A stretch of 64,000 nt of DNA from an uncultured Solibacteraceae bacterium (GCA_964423815.1 CAYRGW010000014.1:505-64504); one strand, 5' to 3'; counted from the stretch's first letter, positions 36,551 through 45,662 are shown. Numbers and translations are program-made. The notes: generated by a model not told the origin, from the letters alone.

Positions 36551-37215
36551 GCAGCTCCGACGATCCGGACCAGTGTCTCGATCGTGATGTCGTCGAGCGA
36601 GGACACGACGTGGTGCGCGTCGGTCAGCGCCGGGGCGGCGTAACTGGTGGTGATGCCAATCGTGTGCAGGCCCGCACCACGGGCGGACTGCAAACCCCAG
36701 GGGGAATCTTCAATCGCGAGGGCCTCGTGGCCGTCCACCCCGAGCAGGTCCACGGCCCGGCGGTATGAATCCGGTGCCGGTTTTCCCTCCATGACATCGT
36801 CTGCTCCCACAATGACGGAGAAGTAGGCGCGGAGATCATTCCGGTCGAGGATCCATTCGATCTCGCCGCGCAGCGATCCGGAGGCGATGGCCAGCGGGAA
36901 GTGATCGGCCAGGCGTTCGATGCAGGCGCGAGCTGTGGGATACAACACCTGGCCCGCGTCGGCCAGTGCGGCGTAGCGGGTTTCTTTGTCTTCCAGCAAC
37001 ATTTCCAGCGTCGCCTCGTCGAGGGTGACACCTTCACGCCGGGCAAACTCCGTGACACAACCACGGTCGTCATAACCCAGGAAAAACTCGTAGTACGCCG
37101 CCTCGGTGAGGGTCCAGCCGCGTGTGGCCAATGTGTCCCGCAGGGCGACCAGGTGCAGGCGTTCGGTGTCGGCGAGTACGCCGTCGAAATCAAAAACGAT
37201 GGCGCGCAGACTCAT
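36547..37215 (-). CDS. HAD-superfamily hydrolase (beta-phosphoglucomutase/phosphatase-like, subfamily IA)
   Basis: MSLRAIVFDFDGVLADTE (motif I), ASGS, GKPAPD, and EDSPWGLQSARGAGL. Trimmed from 36547-37296 to ATG 37215 (ATGA overlap with DUF1684). Confidence 0.85.
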   Translation of the reverse strand: MSLRAIVFDFDGVLADTERLHLVALRDTLATRGWTLTEAAYYEFFLGYDDRGCVTEFARREGVTLDEATLEMLLEDKETRYAALADAGQVLYPTARACIERLADHFPLAIASGSLRGEIEWILDRNDLRAYFSVIVGADDVMEGKPAPDSYRRAVDLLGVDGHEALAIEDSPWGLQSARGAGLHTIGITTSYAAPALTDAHHVVSSLDDITIETLVRIVGAA

Positions 37216-37832
37216 CGCGCTTTGTAGCCTGCGGGCAACTTCTCGCCGGAGAGGATGGCGATGTCGAGGCGGTTCTCCCGCGGGGGCACGGGACACACGT
37301 AGTTGATGTTGTAGACGCAGTACGGATGGTAGGCGCGATTAAAGTCGAGGTCGTACAGTCCCGTTGGTGTGCGATCGAGGTCTAGGTAGCGGCCACCGCC
37401 GTAGGTGGTGTCACCACTTGTGAGGTCACCAAACGGCACAAAAAGCCTGGTAATGACCGTGGTGCCTTCGTCAGCAAACGCCGTGAGTGTCAGCGGTTTG
37501 CCGTTGAAGGCAAAACGCAGGGTGCCGACGCGCTGCATCCGGCGTTTTTCGGCGGCGGAGGTCGACAGTTCGATCACCGTGCTGTTGGAGCGATCCTCGT
37601 CGAGACGCGCGGGCATGCGGTAGAGCGAGTTGATGGGGAAGTAGGGCAGCCCGGTGAACCCCGCGCGGTCCTCGGGCAACAGCGGCGAATCCGGGTTGGA
37701 CTTGAACATCGCGTCCTTGTCCGCGCGCCACGTCAGGACCTCGCGGTCGTGCCCCGTGTCGTCCATGGGCTGCGGCCCGGACGTACACGCCGCCACAAGG
37801 CCAACCATCACCAGTGCGAAACACAAACGCAT
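37212..37832 (-). CDS. DUF1684 domain lipoprotein
   Basis: Lipobox LVAAC. Motifs PYFP, FAFNGKPLTLTAF, FVPFGDLTSGDTTYGGGRYLD, AYHPYCVYN and CPVPPRENRL are characteristic of DUF1684. Confidence 0.8.
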   Translation of the reverse strand: MRLCFALVMVGLVAACTSGPQPMDDTGHDREVLTWRADKDAMFKSNPDSPLLPEDRAGFTGLPYFPINSLYRMPARLDEDRSNSTVIELSTSAAEKRRMQRVGTLRFAFNGKPLTLTAFADEGTTVITRLFVPFGDLTSGDTTYGGGRYLDLDRTPTGLYDLDFNRAYHPYCVYNINYVCPVPPRENRLDIAILSGEKLPAGYKAR

Positions 37833-37866
37833 AAACGAATTCTATCTTTTACAGTTTCTGTTTTTT

Positions 37867-37945
37867 ACAGTAGACATGCAGGCATGTAGGTCTTTTTTCA
37901 AGAACTTTCCTTGTCAAAAAATCTACATGTCTGCATGCCTACTGT
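37867..37945. repeat. 23-bp inverted repeat (2 mismatches) around a 33-nt AT-rich spacer in an AT-rich 115-bp gap
   Basis: ACAGTAGACATGCAGGCATGTAG (37867-37889) pairs with CTACATGTCTGCATGCCTACTGT (37923-37945). The spacer holds a further imperfect IR, TTTTTTCAAG/CTTGtcAAAAAA. Confidence 0.8.
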
Positions 37946-37947
37946 TA

Positions 37948-39723
37948 TCAAAAGATATAGGCCTTTTTATCGATCGCCGCGTCGGCGAGGCGCCGGCGGA
38001 TGGCAATCGTGTTGACGGGTGAGACCTTCAGGACGCGACGCAGGGCGGCGAGCATCGTGCGCTGGGTGTCGCCGGTGGTGATGGCCTGAATGGCCGTGCG
38101 CGCGGCGGTGTCCACGCGCAGGCCGGCGTCGTGCAGCAGCAACGCGGCGGCGTCCTGCTGGAGCGCGGCGCTCGGCACATTCTTCGCCTGACTGCGTCCG
38201 GCGCGCAGCCACGCGCTCTCAGCGACAAACGTGTCCATCAGGATGTCGGAAGCCAGCATGAGCACTTCCTGCTCCTCTTCAACCTTCATCGCGTAGGTCT
38301 GCATCGCCAGACCCATCACCATGATTGCGGCCTTTTTCATGGCGAGGATCTGCGCCACGGCCGGGTCTCCACCGTCGGTCTTCGGGCCAACGGCGAGCAA
38401 TTCACCCTGCAGCGCCTGCGCGGCGGCAATCAGCGGCAGTCCACCCTTGAGCGCACGTTTCATGATCATGCCGGGCACCAGCAACCGGTTGATCTCGTTG
38501 GTGCCTTCAAAAATGCGGTTCACACGCGCGTCGCGGTAGTGACCTTCAGCCGGGTAGTCGTGCACATACCCGTTGCCGCCGTGGATCTGCACGTTTTCAT
38601 CCAGCACGTAGTCGATCATTTCGCTGCTGGCCACCTTCAGGATCGACGCTTCGATGGCGTACTCCTCCAGCGCCGTCAACGCGGCCGCCGCCGACCCGCC
38701 CCCACGCTCGATCGCATCATCGATGAGTCCGGTCGTGCGATACAGCGCGCTCTCAACACCGTACGCACGCGCGATCATGTCGCCGAGTTTGAACTTGATC
38801 GCGCCAAACGAGGCGATGGTCTGACCAAACTGTCGTCGGCTCGACGCGTACCGCACCGCCTCGCCGATCGCCATCTTTGCGCCGCCGCTGCACATGCCGG
38901 CCAGCTTGAATCGACCGTAGTTCAGCACGTTGAACGCAATCTTGTGCCCCTTGCCCACTTCGCCGAGCAGGTTCCCGGCCGGGACGCGCGCGTCCTGAAG
39001 AAGGACGGGCGTCGTCGACGACCCGTGCAGCCCCATCTTGTGTTCTTCCTTGCCGTGCGACACACCTGGGAAGTCCTTCTCCACGATGAAGGCGGAGAAG
39101 TGTTCACCGTCGACCTTCGCAAACACGATGTAGATGTCGGCGAAACCGCCGTTGGTGATCCACATCTTTTCGCCGTTGAGCACCCATGAGCCGTCCGCCT
39201 GTTTGGTGGCCTTCGCGCGTGCACCAAGGGCGTCGGACCCCGAGCCGGACTCGCTGAGGCAATACGCGCCGACGAGTTCGCCGGAGACGATGCCCGGCAG
39301 GTATTTTTTCTTCTGCTCTTCCGTGCCGAAGCACAGGATTGGGATGATGGCGAGCCCCGTTTGCGCGCCAAACGTGGTCGCAAACGACGCGCTGCCCCCG
39401 ATGACCTCGCCAACGACGATGGCGGCGGCCTTGTCGAGATTGATGCCGCCGAACTCCTCGGGCACGTCGGTGCCGAGCAGGCCGAGGTCGCCGCTGCGTT
39501 TGACCATGGCGCGCGCGAGCGCCCAGTCCTTGGTCTCCATCTGTGGCAGCGCGGGCAGGAGTTCCTTCTCGAGGAACTCTGCGGCTGTCTGCGCGATCAG
39601 GCGATGGTCGTCGCTGAGGCCCTCGGGCGTCAGCATGGTGTCGTGTGTGGTCGCCTCAAAAAGCCATGCGGCGCCTTTGGCCGAAGTCCCGGGGTCCCGG
39701 GGTTCCGTCGTTGCTGACATCAT
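37948..39723 (-). CDS. Acyl-CoA dehydrogenase (long form with C-terminal extension)
   Basis: 591 aa. ACAD motifs include [19 protein letters not shown] and [10 protein letters not shown]-like ([12 protein letters not shown]). Confidence 0.9.
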   Translation of the reverse strand: MMSATTEPRDPGTSAKGAAWLFEATTHDTMLTPEGLSDDHRLIAQTAAEFLEKELLPALPQMETKDWALARAMVKRSGDLGLLGTDVPEEFGGINLDKAAAIVVGEVIGGSASFATTFGAQTGLAIIPILCFGTEEQKKKYLPGIVSGELVGAYCLSESGSGSDALGARAKATKQADGSWVLNGEKMWITNGGFADIYIVFAKVDGEHFSAFIVEKDFPGVSHGKEEHKMGLHGSSTTPVLLQDARVPAGNLLGEVGKGHKIAFNVLNYGRFKLAGMCSGGAKMAIGEAVRYASSRRQFGQTIASFGAIKFKLGDMIARAYGVESALYRTTGLIDDAIERGGGSAAAALTALEEYAIEASILKVASSEMIDYVLDENVQIHGGNGYVHDYPAEGHYRDARVNRIFEGTNEINRLLVPGMIMKRALKGGLPLIAAAQALQGELLAVGPKTDGGDPAVAQILAMKKAAIMVMGLAMQTYAMKVEEEQEVLMLASDILMDTFVAESAWLRAGRSQAKNVPSAALQQDAAALLLHDAGLRVDTAARTAIQAITTGDTQRTMLAALRRVLKVSPVNTIAIRRRLADAAIDKKAYIF

Positions 39724-40874
39724 TCGCTCCGTTCAAAAATTGCCGCTGCGCCCATGCCGCCGCCGACACACATGGTGACCATTCCGTACCGCCCGTTGCG
39801 GCGTCGGAGTTCATACAGAAGAGACGTGGTGAGTCGCGCGCCCGTGCAGCCCAGGGGGTGTCCCAGGGCGACGGCGCCGCCGTTCACGTTGAGCCGATCG
39901 CTGCTGATCGGGATCTCCTTGGTGCACGCCAGCACCTGCGCGGCAAACGCCTCGTTCAGCTCCACGAGATCCATCTGATCGATCGTGAGCCCGGTGCGTT
40001 CCAGCAGTTTCCTGATGGCGGGAACGGGGCCGATCCCGAACAACTCCGGTTTCACGCCGGCGGTGGCGTATCCCACAAACCTCGCCAGTGGTGTGAGTCC
40101 GAGTGCCTTTGCTCTGGCGCCGCTCATGACAATGACGGCGGAGGCGGCGTCTGAGGTCTGTGACGAGTTACCTGCGGTCACCGTGCCCTTCGCGTGGAAG
40201 GCCGGCTTGAGTCCCGCCAATGCTTCGGCGGATGTCTGCCGGCGCGGACCTTCGTCGGTGTCGACCCGCACGATCCCGTTCAGCGTGGCGACTTCAATCG
40301 GCACAATTTCATCAACAAACCGCCCGGCGTCGATCGCCGCGAGCGCCCGTTGATGACTCTGCAACGCAAAGGTGTCCTGGGCTTCGCGCGAGATGCCGCT
40401 TTCGCGCGCGTGATTCTCGGCCACCAGTCCCGTCGAGAGATACACGTCCGGGTAGTCGCGCACCAGCCCGGGGTTGGGCGACACCTTGTGTCCCCCCATG
40501 GGCACCAGGCTCATCGATTCGGTGCCGCCGGCAATCACGACGTCGGCGCTTCCCGTGGCAATGCGGCCCGCCGCCTGCGCGATGGCTTCGAGGCCCGAGG
40601 CACAGAAACGATTGACAGTAACGGCGGACGCCGATACGGGGATGCCCGCGCGCAGGCTCGCAATTCGCGCAACGTTGAGGCCTTGTTCCGCCTCCGGCAT
40701 CGCACATCCCAGAATCACATCGTCAATCAGCGCCGGATCGAGGCTGGGCGTACGCGCGAGCAGTGCCGCGATGACGTGGGCCGCCATGTCGTCGGGCCGG
40801 GTCGTACGGAACACCCCGTTGGGGGCTTTGCCGATCGGGGTGCGGGCCGCAGCGACGATCACGATGTCAGTCAT
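39720..40874 (-). CDS. Acetyl-CoA C-acyltransferase (3-ketoacyl-CoA thiolase)
   Basis: 384 aa. [10 protein letters not shown] (active-site Cys), [18 protein letters not shown] and MCVGGGMG. Confidence 0.95.
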   Translation of the reverse strand: MTDIVIVAAARTPIGKAPNGVFRTTRPDDMAAHVIAALLARTPSLDPALIDDVILGCAMPEAEQGLNVARIASLRAGIPVSASAVTVNRFCASGLEAIAQAAGRIATGSADVVIAGGTESMSLVPMGGHKVSPNPGLVRDYPDVYLSTGLVAENHARESGISREAQDTFALQSHQRALAAIDAGRFVDEIVPIEVATLNGIVRVDTDEGPRRQTSAEALAGLKPAFHAKGTVTAGNSSQTSDAASAVIVMSGARAKALGLTPLARFVGYATAGVKPELFGIGPVPAIRKLLERTGLTIDQMDLVELNEAFAAQVLACTKEIPISSDRLNVNGGAVALGHPLGCTGARLTTSLLYELRRRNGRYGMVTMCVGGGMGAAAIFERSE

Positions 40875-41494
40875 GGCAGGTCTCCCAGCAAATCCACGAG
40901 GGCCTCACCCAGTTCCTGGGTGCGGCCTTCAAACAGATGGTCCGCGCCCTCGATGACGATCAGGTCTTTTGGTTCCTGAAGGCGCGCGTAAAAGGTGCGA
41001 AGGTCTTTCAGCAGACACAATTCGTCGAGATCACCCTGCAGGAGGAACTTCGGTTTGGTGGTCTCGAGCGTGTGCACAAACGTCAGTCCATGACCCTTCA
41101 CGGGTGGCGCAATGCCGATCAGCGCCGAGACGCGCGGATCGGTGGAGCCCGTCTCAAGCGCCACCCAGGCTCCGAACGAAAAACCCGCGGCCCACAGCGG
41201 CAGATCCGGATACCGATCGTGCATCTCGTTGAGTGCGGCCCGGAAGTCGTCGATTTCTCCGACGCCGTTGTCGAACCCGCCGGCACTCGTGCCCACCCCT
41301 CTGAAGTTGAAGCGCAATACGGCGCAGCCGATCTGCGTCAAGGCCTTGGCAGACGCAAACACACCACGTGTGTGCATCGTGCCGCCGAGGGTCGGCATCG
41401 GGTGCGCCAGCACAACGGCCACACGGGGCGGACCATCGGGCAGGTCGAGTCGCGCTTCAAGCGGACCGGCGGGACCGGGAACTGTCAAGACCAT
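40871..41494 (-). CDS. Alpha/beta hydrolase (small, single-domain)
   Basis: Nucleophile elbow GFSFGA, plus the pattern HPMPTLGGTMH...FNFRGVG. The start is uncertain (41494 or 41521) and overlaps the upstream gene. Confidence 0.7.
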   Translation of the reverse strand: MVLTVPGPAGPLEARLDLPDGPPRVAVVLAHPMPTLGGTMHTRGVFASAKALTQIGCAVLRFNFRGVGTSAGGFDNGVGEIDDFRAALNEMHDRYPDLPLWAAGFSFGAWVALETGSTDPRVSALIGIAPPVKGHGLTFVHTLETTKPKFLLQGDLDELCLLKDLRTFYARLQEPKDLIVIEGADHLFEGRTQELGEALVDLLGDLP

Positions 41495-42242
41495 GAAGAA
41501 ACTCTTCCACGAGTGCGGCAAACGCCGCGGGTTTGGTGACCAGGCCGATGTGTCCCGTGCGTGGGAACGTGACGGCGGTGGCCCCGGGAATTAATGAAAG
41601 GTAGTCGCGTGTACTCGCGGTCGGCACCACACGGTCCAGCGCGTCATCGCCGGTGATGATGTGGGTGGGTGCCTCAATGCGCGCGCACTCGGAGGCGAGA
41701 TCCCGACCCTGCCACTCGCGCACCCAGCGCGCGGACTTCCACGGGTGCATGGGACGCCGCGCCACCTGCCACCCGTACGTCGCGAGGAATCGCAGTCGCG
41801 ACGGCCACGAATCGATCGCGGTCCACACTTCCGGCAGCAGACGTTGCAGGGCGCGCGCCGCAAACAACGGGAACAACGGCACCAACGACAGCGGACGATG
41901 CACCAGCAATCCTTCGGACTGCCCAAGTGTCATGCGTGGCGACGGCGCCGACACCAGCACCAGCGCCGCTGTGCGTTCGGGTCTCGTCGCGGCGTAGTGC
42001 ATGGCGACCAACCCGCCGAACGACACGCCGATGATGGCGGCGCGTTCGGTGCCGAACTGGTCAATGGCCCTGTCTATCTCGGCGACCCACTGCGCAAACG
42101 GATCACCCTTGCCGTTTTCCGCATTCAGCGAAAACGTGCGCACCTCACGCCCCTGCCGCAACGCCGCGATGGCAGGCGTCATCCACTCGGCATGGCCCTG
42201 AATGCCAGGGATGATGACGATGGGGAGGTCGGCCTTCATCAC
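41457..42242 (-). CDS. Alpha/beta hydrolase
   Basis: 261 aa. Nucleophile elbow GVSFGG and a C-terminal GH (RTGHIGL). Confidence 0.75.
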   Translation of the reverse strand: MMKADLPIVIIPGIQGHAEWMTPAIAALRQGREVRTFSLNAENGKGDPFAQWVAEIDRAIDQFGTERAAIIGVSFGGLVAMHYAATRPERTAALVLVSAPSPRMTLGQSEGLLVHRPLSLVPLFPLFAARALQRLLPEVWTAIDSWPSRLRFLATYGWQVARRPMHPWKSARWVREWQGRDLASECARIEAPTHIITGDDALDRVVPTASTRDYLSLIPGATAVTFPRTGHIGLVTKPAAFAALVEEFLHGLDSSRSRRSA

Positions 42243-44461
42243 TAGTTCCTGAGCGTCTTTCCGGTCTTGAGCGTGTAGGCGATCCGTTCCTGGGTCTTGG
42301 GTTCACCACAGAGGCTGAGGAACGCTTCACGTTCCAGTTCGAGGAGCTGGGTTTCGGTGAGTGTGGTCGCGTGTGGCACGTTGCCGCCGGTGAGAATCCA
42401 CGCAAGTTTGCGTCCGATGACCGCATCGTGATCGCTCACCCGACCGGCACGGTGCGCAAGATGGACGCCCAGCGACAACGTCGCGTAGGTTGATGGTCCA
42501 CCAACGGGGATGGCCTGGTGCAGGGATTTCGGCGTGTAGCCCGTGCGTGCCAGCGCGAGCGCGGCGACTTTGGCATCCGCGATCAGCCGCTCACGATTCA
42601 TCGTGATGCCGTCCCCGGGACGCAGATACCCGAGGCGTTTGGCCTCCGGCCCGCTGGTGGAGACCTTGCCAAAGGCAATCGTCTCAAACGCGGTCTGGAC
42701 GTCGGCCGCGCGGATAAGCATCTCCTTGGAGCCGCCGCCGGCGGGAATCAACCCCACGCCGACTTCGACCAGTCCCATGTAGGTTTCAGCTGCGGCCTGC
42801 ACATGTGCGCCATGCAGGCTGACCTCGCACCCACCACCAAGCGCCAATCCACCAGGCGCCACTACCACGGGCACCGCCGCCAGCTTCAGCGCCATCGTGG
42901 CACCCTGGAACGCGCGCACCATCATGTCCACGTCGTCCCAGTTTTCCTCCTGGGCCTCGAGCAGCAGCAACATGAGGTTGGCGCCGGCCGAAAAGTGGGT
43001 GCCGTCGTTGCCGACCACCAACGCCTGGAAGTTTGTTTCCGCCTCACGCACGCCCGCGTGCAGCATGGCGATCGTGTCGCCGCCGATCGCGTTCATCTTG
43101 GAGTGGAACTCCACGCAGAGGACGCCATCGCCCAGGTCGATCAGGCTCGCGCCGTCATTGGATTGGACGACCTTCTTCTGGTCGCGCGCCGTTTGCAGGA
43201 TCAGCAGATCGGGTGCGGCTGGTGGGAGCGCGCCAGGTCGGAATCGCGGGCGTGTCCCTTCGACGCCGCAGGCCTTGAGGACGTTGTCCGCCCCGATCGC
43301 GTCCCAGAGTTCAAAGGGGCCGATGTCCCATCCGAAACCCCACCGCATGGCGCGATCGATGTCGTCGATGGAGTGCGAGACGTCCCTGGCAATGTGATCG
43401 GCGTAGAGCAGGGTCGGGCCAAGTGTTTCGCGCAGCAGTTCGCCGGTGCGATGTTGTCCGAGGAACAACGTCTTGACGCGTTCACCCACGTCGGCAATGG
43501 ACTTCGCGGCCTCGATTTCCGGCAGCGACGGTTTGATCTTCGGTCGATAGGTGAAGGTGTCGAGGTCGAGCGTCTGGATGTCCGAGCCGCTCTCGGTGCG
43601 GACCTTCTTGTAGAAACCCTGACCGGACTTGTCACCGACCAGGCCTCGTTCAAGCATGCCCTGCACAAAGGCGGGCGGCACAAATCGCGCACGGTCCTCC
43701 TCGCGCGGCAGGCGTTTTGCGAGATCGGCACCGACCTTGCCGAGAATGTCGAGCCCGGCAATGTCCACCGTGCGGAACGTTGCACTTTTTGGGCGTCCCG
43801 TGGCCGGGCCGGTGATCGCGTCGATCTCCTCAATCGTGTAGCGGCCCGTGGCCACCACGTCCAGCAACCGCATCACACCGAACATCCCCAGGTGATTTGC
43901 GATAAACGCCGGCGTGTCCTTGGCGGTGACCACACCCTTGCCGAGGCGATGGTCGATCCACGACGAGAGATGGGCGGTGATGACCGGGTCGGTGTCGGCC
44001 GTGGGAATGATCTCGACCAGCCGCAGATATCGAGGTGGATTAAAAAAGTGGGTGCCGAGCCAGTGTGATCGCAGTCCTTCGGACCGCCCCTCGGCAATCG
44101 CGCTCAGCGGAATCCCCGACGTGTTCGAGGAGACGATGGTGTGGGGGGCGCGGACGGCGTCGATTCGTTCGAGCAGCGCGCGTTTGATGGCGAGGTCCTC
44201 GATGATGGCCTCAATGATCCAGTCCACCTTCGACAGCGGCGACAGATCGTCGAGGCTGCCCGTGTGGATCAGTGTGCGGGCCTCGGGGGTGTAAAACGGA
44301 TCGGGCTTCAGCGTGATCGCACGTTTGAGTCCGGCCGATGCCGCGTCGGCTGTGACGTCGAGCAACCAGACCTGCACGCCCGCGTTGGCGAGATGGGCGG
44401 CAATCTGCGCGCCCATGACACCCGCACCGAGCACTGCCGCCTGACGAATCGGAGTTGTCAT
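42242..44461 (-). CDS. Bifunctional 3-hydroxyacyl-CoA dehydrogenase / enoyl-CoA hydratase
   Basis: 739 aa. N-terminal Rossmann motif AAVLGAGVMGAQIAAHLANAG. The C-terminal half is crotonase-like (GGGCEVSLH...). Confidence 0.9.
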   Translation of the reverse strand: MTTPIRQAAVLGAGVMGAQIAAHLANAGVQVWLLDVTADAASAGLKRAITLKPDPFYTPEARTLIHTGSLDDLSPLSKVDWIIEAIIEDLAIKRALLERIDAVRAPHTIVSSNTSGIPLSAIAEGRSEGLRSHWLGTHFFNPPRYLRLVEIIPTADTDPVITAHLSSWIDHRLGKGVVTAKDTPAFIANHLGMFGVMRLLDVVATGRYTIEEIDAITGPATGRPKSATFRTVDIAGLDILGKVGADLAKRLPREEDRARFVPPAFVQGMLERGLVGDKSGQGFYKKVRTESGSDIQTLDLDTFTYRPKIKPSLPEIEAAKSIADVGERVKTLFLGQHRTGELLRETLGPTLLYADHIARDVSHSIDDIDRAMRWGFGWDIGPFELWDAIGADNVLKACGVEGTRPRFRPGALPPAAPDLLILQTARDQKKVVQSNDGASLIDLGDGVLCVEFHSKMNAIGGDTIAMLHAGVREAETNFQALVVGNDGTHFSAGANLMLLLLEAQEENWDDVDMMVRAFQGATMALKLAAVPVVVAPGGLALGGGCEVSLHGAHVQAAAETYMGLVEVGVGLIPAGGGSKEMLIRAADVQTAFETIAFGKVSTSGPEAKRLGYLRPGDGITMNRERLIADAKVAALALARTGYTPKSLHQAIPVGGPSTYATLSLGVHLAHRAGRVSDHDAVIGRKLAWILTGGNVPHATTLTETQLLELEREAFLSLCGEPKTQERIAYTLKTGKTLRN

Positions 44462-45102
44462 GCATCCTCCCGCACACTGACGCCGTACAAAAACACATCC
44501 ACCACACCGTCCGCATCGTCGGCCAGCGTGTATTTGCGATCGCTCAGGATCCAGTTGGTGGCCATCTCGTCGAGGGCGCCGAACAACACTTTGGCGCCCA
44601 GTGTTGGCGGCACGTTCGCGCGGAACTGGCCCTGCGCCTGTCCTTCCGCGATGGTGTCACGGATGATGCCGAGGTAGGCGCGCAGTCGGGTGGCGGAGAG
44701 TCGCGCCATAAATTTGGTGGACTGTCGCAACTCGACCTGGAAGACCACGGCGAGATCGCGATCGCGTCCGAGCCGTTCGAGATGCAACCGGGCGATCCGG
44801 CGCAGGCGTTCGGTGGGGTCGGTGACCGACTCGAGCGCCTCGCGTCCTTCGCGAATGGCGTCCTGCATCGTGCGGTCAAACAGGGAGATGAGCAGGTCGT
44901 CCTTGCTGCGGAAGTACAGGTAGACGGTGCCGGCGGCGATACCCGCGCGGCGGGCGATGTCGGCGACCTGTGCGGCAAAAAAGCCCCGCTCGGCGAACAC
45001 GTGGGTGGCGGCGTCCAGGATCAGGACCCGTTTGTCGACGTCGGGGGCCGGCCTGGTCATGCGCAGGGTGCGGGGCATAAGAATGAATGAATCGTCATTC
45101 AT
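44458..45102 (-). CDS. TetR/AcrR-family transcriptional regulator, first gene of the beta-oxidation operon
   Basis: HTH region RVLILDAATHVFAERGFFAAQVADIARRAGIAAGTVYLYFRSKDDLL. ATGA overlap with the next gene. The start is uncertain. ATG 45102 has a GGGAG about 6 nt upstream; alternatives are 45078 and 45060. The track ORF (to 45351) is over-extended. Confidence 0.85.
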   Translation of the reverse strand: MNDDSFILMPRTLRMTRPAPDVDKRVLILDAATHVFAERGFFAAQVADIARRAGIAAGTVYLYFRSKDDLLISLFDRTMQDAIREGREALESVTDPTERLRRIARLHLERLGRDRDLAVVFQVELRQSTKFMARLSATRLRAYLGIIRDTIAEGQAQGQFRANVPPTLGAKVLFGALDEMATNWILSDRKYTLADDADGVVDVFLYGVSVREDA

Positions 45103-45103
45103 T
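45082..45103. promoter_or_regulatory. Candidate TetR operator: perfect palindrome AATGAATGA-ATCG-TCATTCATT
   Basis: Read directly. It sits at the very 5' end of the tetR-family gene, overlapping the 45102 start or just upstream of the 45078 start. Confidence 0.4.
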
Positions 45104-45165
45104 TCAGGCTCCCGGTCAAGCCCTGAAACGCCGTGCAAAAATGGTCGTAGAGACTGGGTACCACC

Positions 45166-45441
45166 ATGTTGGATGTCGCACAGCAGCAACTTCTCGTCAC
45201 TCGGCTCAACCGTATTGAAGGCCAGGTTCGCGGAATCAGGCGCATGGTGCAGGAACCCCGACTTTGTGTCGAGATCCTGCAGCAGCTGTCCGCCGCCGAG
45301 GCGGCCCTGAACCGGGTCAGCCTCGCTATCCTCAAGTACCACGTCGAACATTGCGTGCCAGAGGGGGTCAATATCAGCCCGGAAGAGGGCAGTTTGCGGT
45401 TGAAGGAGCTGGTCGACATCTTCGACCGCTTCTCGTCTTGA
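45166..45441 (+). CDS. csoR: CsoR-family metal-sensing repressor (Cu(I)-type C-H-C ligand pattern)
   Basis: 91 aa. L..RL.RIEGQVRGI..M is the family signature. Cys34, His59 and Cys63 have the same spacing (25 and 4) as Cys36/His61/Cys65 of M. tuberculosis CsoR (from recollection). Confidence 0.85.
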   Translation: MLDVAQQQLLVTRLNRIEGQVRGIRRMVQEPRLCVEILQQLSAAEAALNRVSLAILKYHVEHCVPEGVNISPEEGSLRLKELVDIFDRFSS

Positions 45442-45583
45442 TCTGCGTCACTCACCGTCAGGCTGAGTGTCTGTACTTCAACGGTTTGGACGCTCCGATC
45501 CGGTAACTCGTCACACCGGGCCGCCGTTTCGGACCAGACCCCACATTTTCCTAAGGTTTTTGCAGATTTACTTGTTCCAGAAG

Positions 45584-45599
45584 TGGACAGGGAATTGCA
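45584..45599 (+). promoter_or_regulatory. Candidate sigma-54 promoter TGGACAGGGAATTGCA
   Basis: GG and GC elements sit at the exact consensus spacing of TGGCAC-N5-TTGCW. It lies in an AT-richer patch and ends 64 nt before the ATG of the receptor-like gene at 45663. Confidence 0.35.
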
Positions 45600-45662
45600 C
45601 CTTCCTCCGCATTCAGACCCCAAGGACCGGCACTGAGGCCGCCCTGTGGGCATGGAGGATAC

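Noticed and set aside
40871-41521. Possible frameshift or pseudogene suggested by the 38-65-nt overlap between the two alpha/beta hydrolase genes.
   Set aside because: Both ORFs are full length with intact G-x-S-x-G elbows. The overlap more likely reflects an over-called start of the downstream gene.
45442-45662. Possible riboswitch (such as cobalamin) or small ORF (45467-45757) in the 221-nt leader region of the TonB-receptor-like gene.
   Set aside because: I see no B12-box-like sequence or other recognisable riboswitch core. The small ORF has an implausible composition and runs into the receptor gene out of frame. cmscan would be needed to exclude a riboswitch fully.
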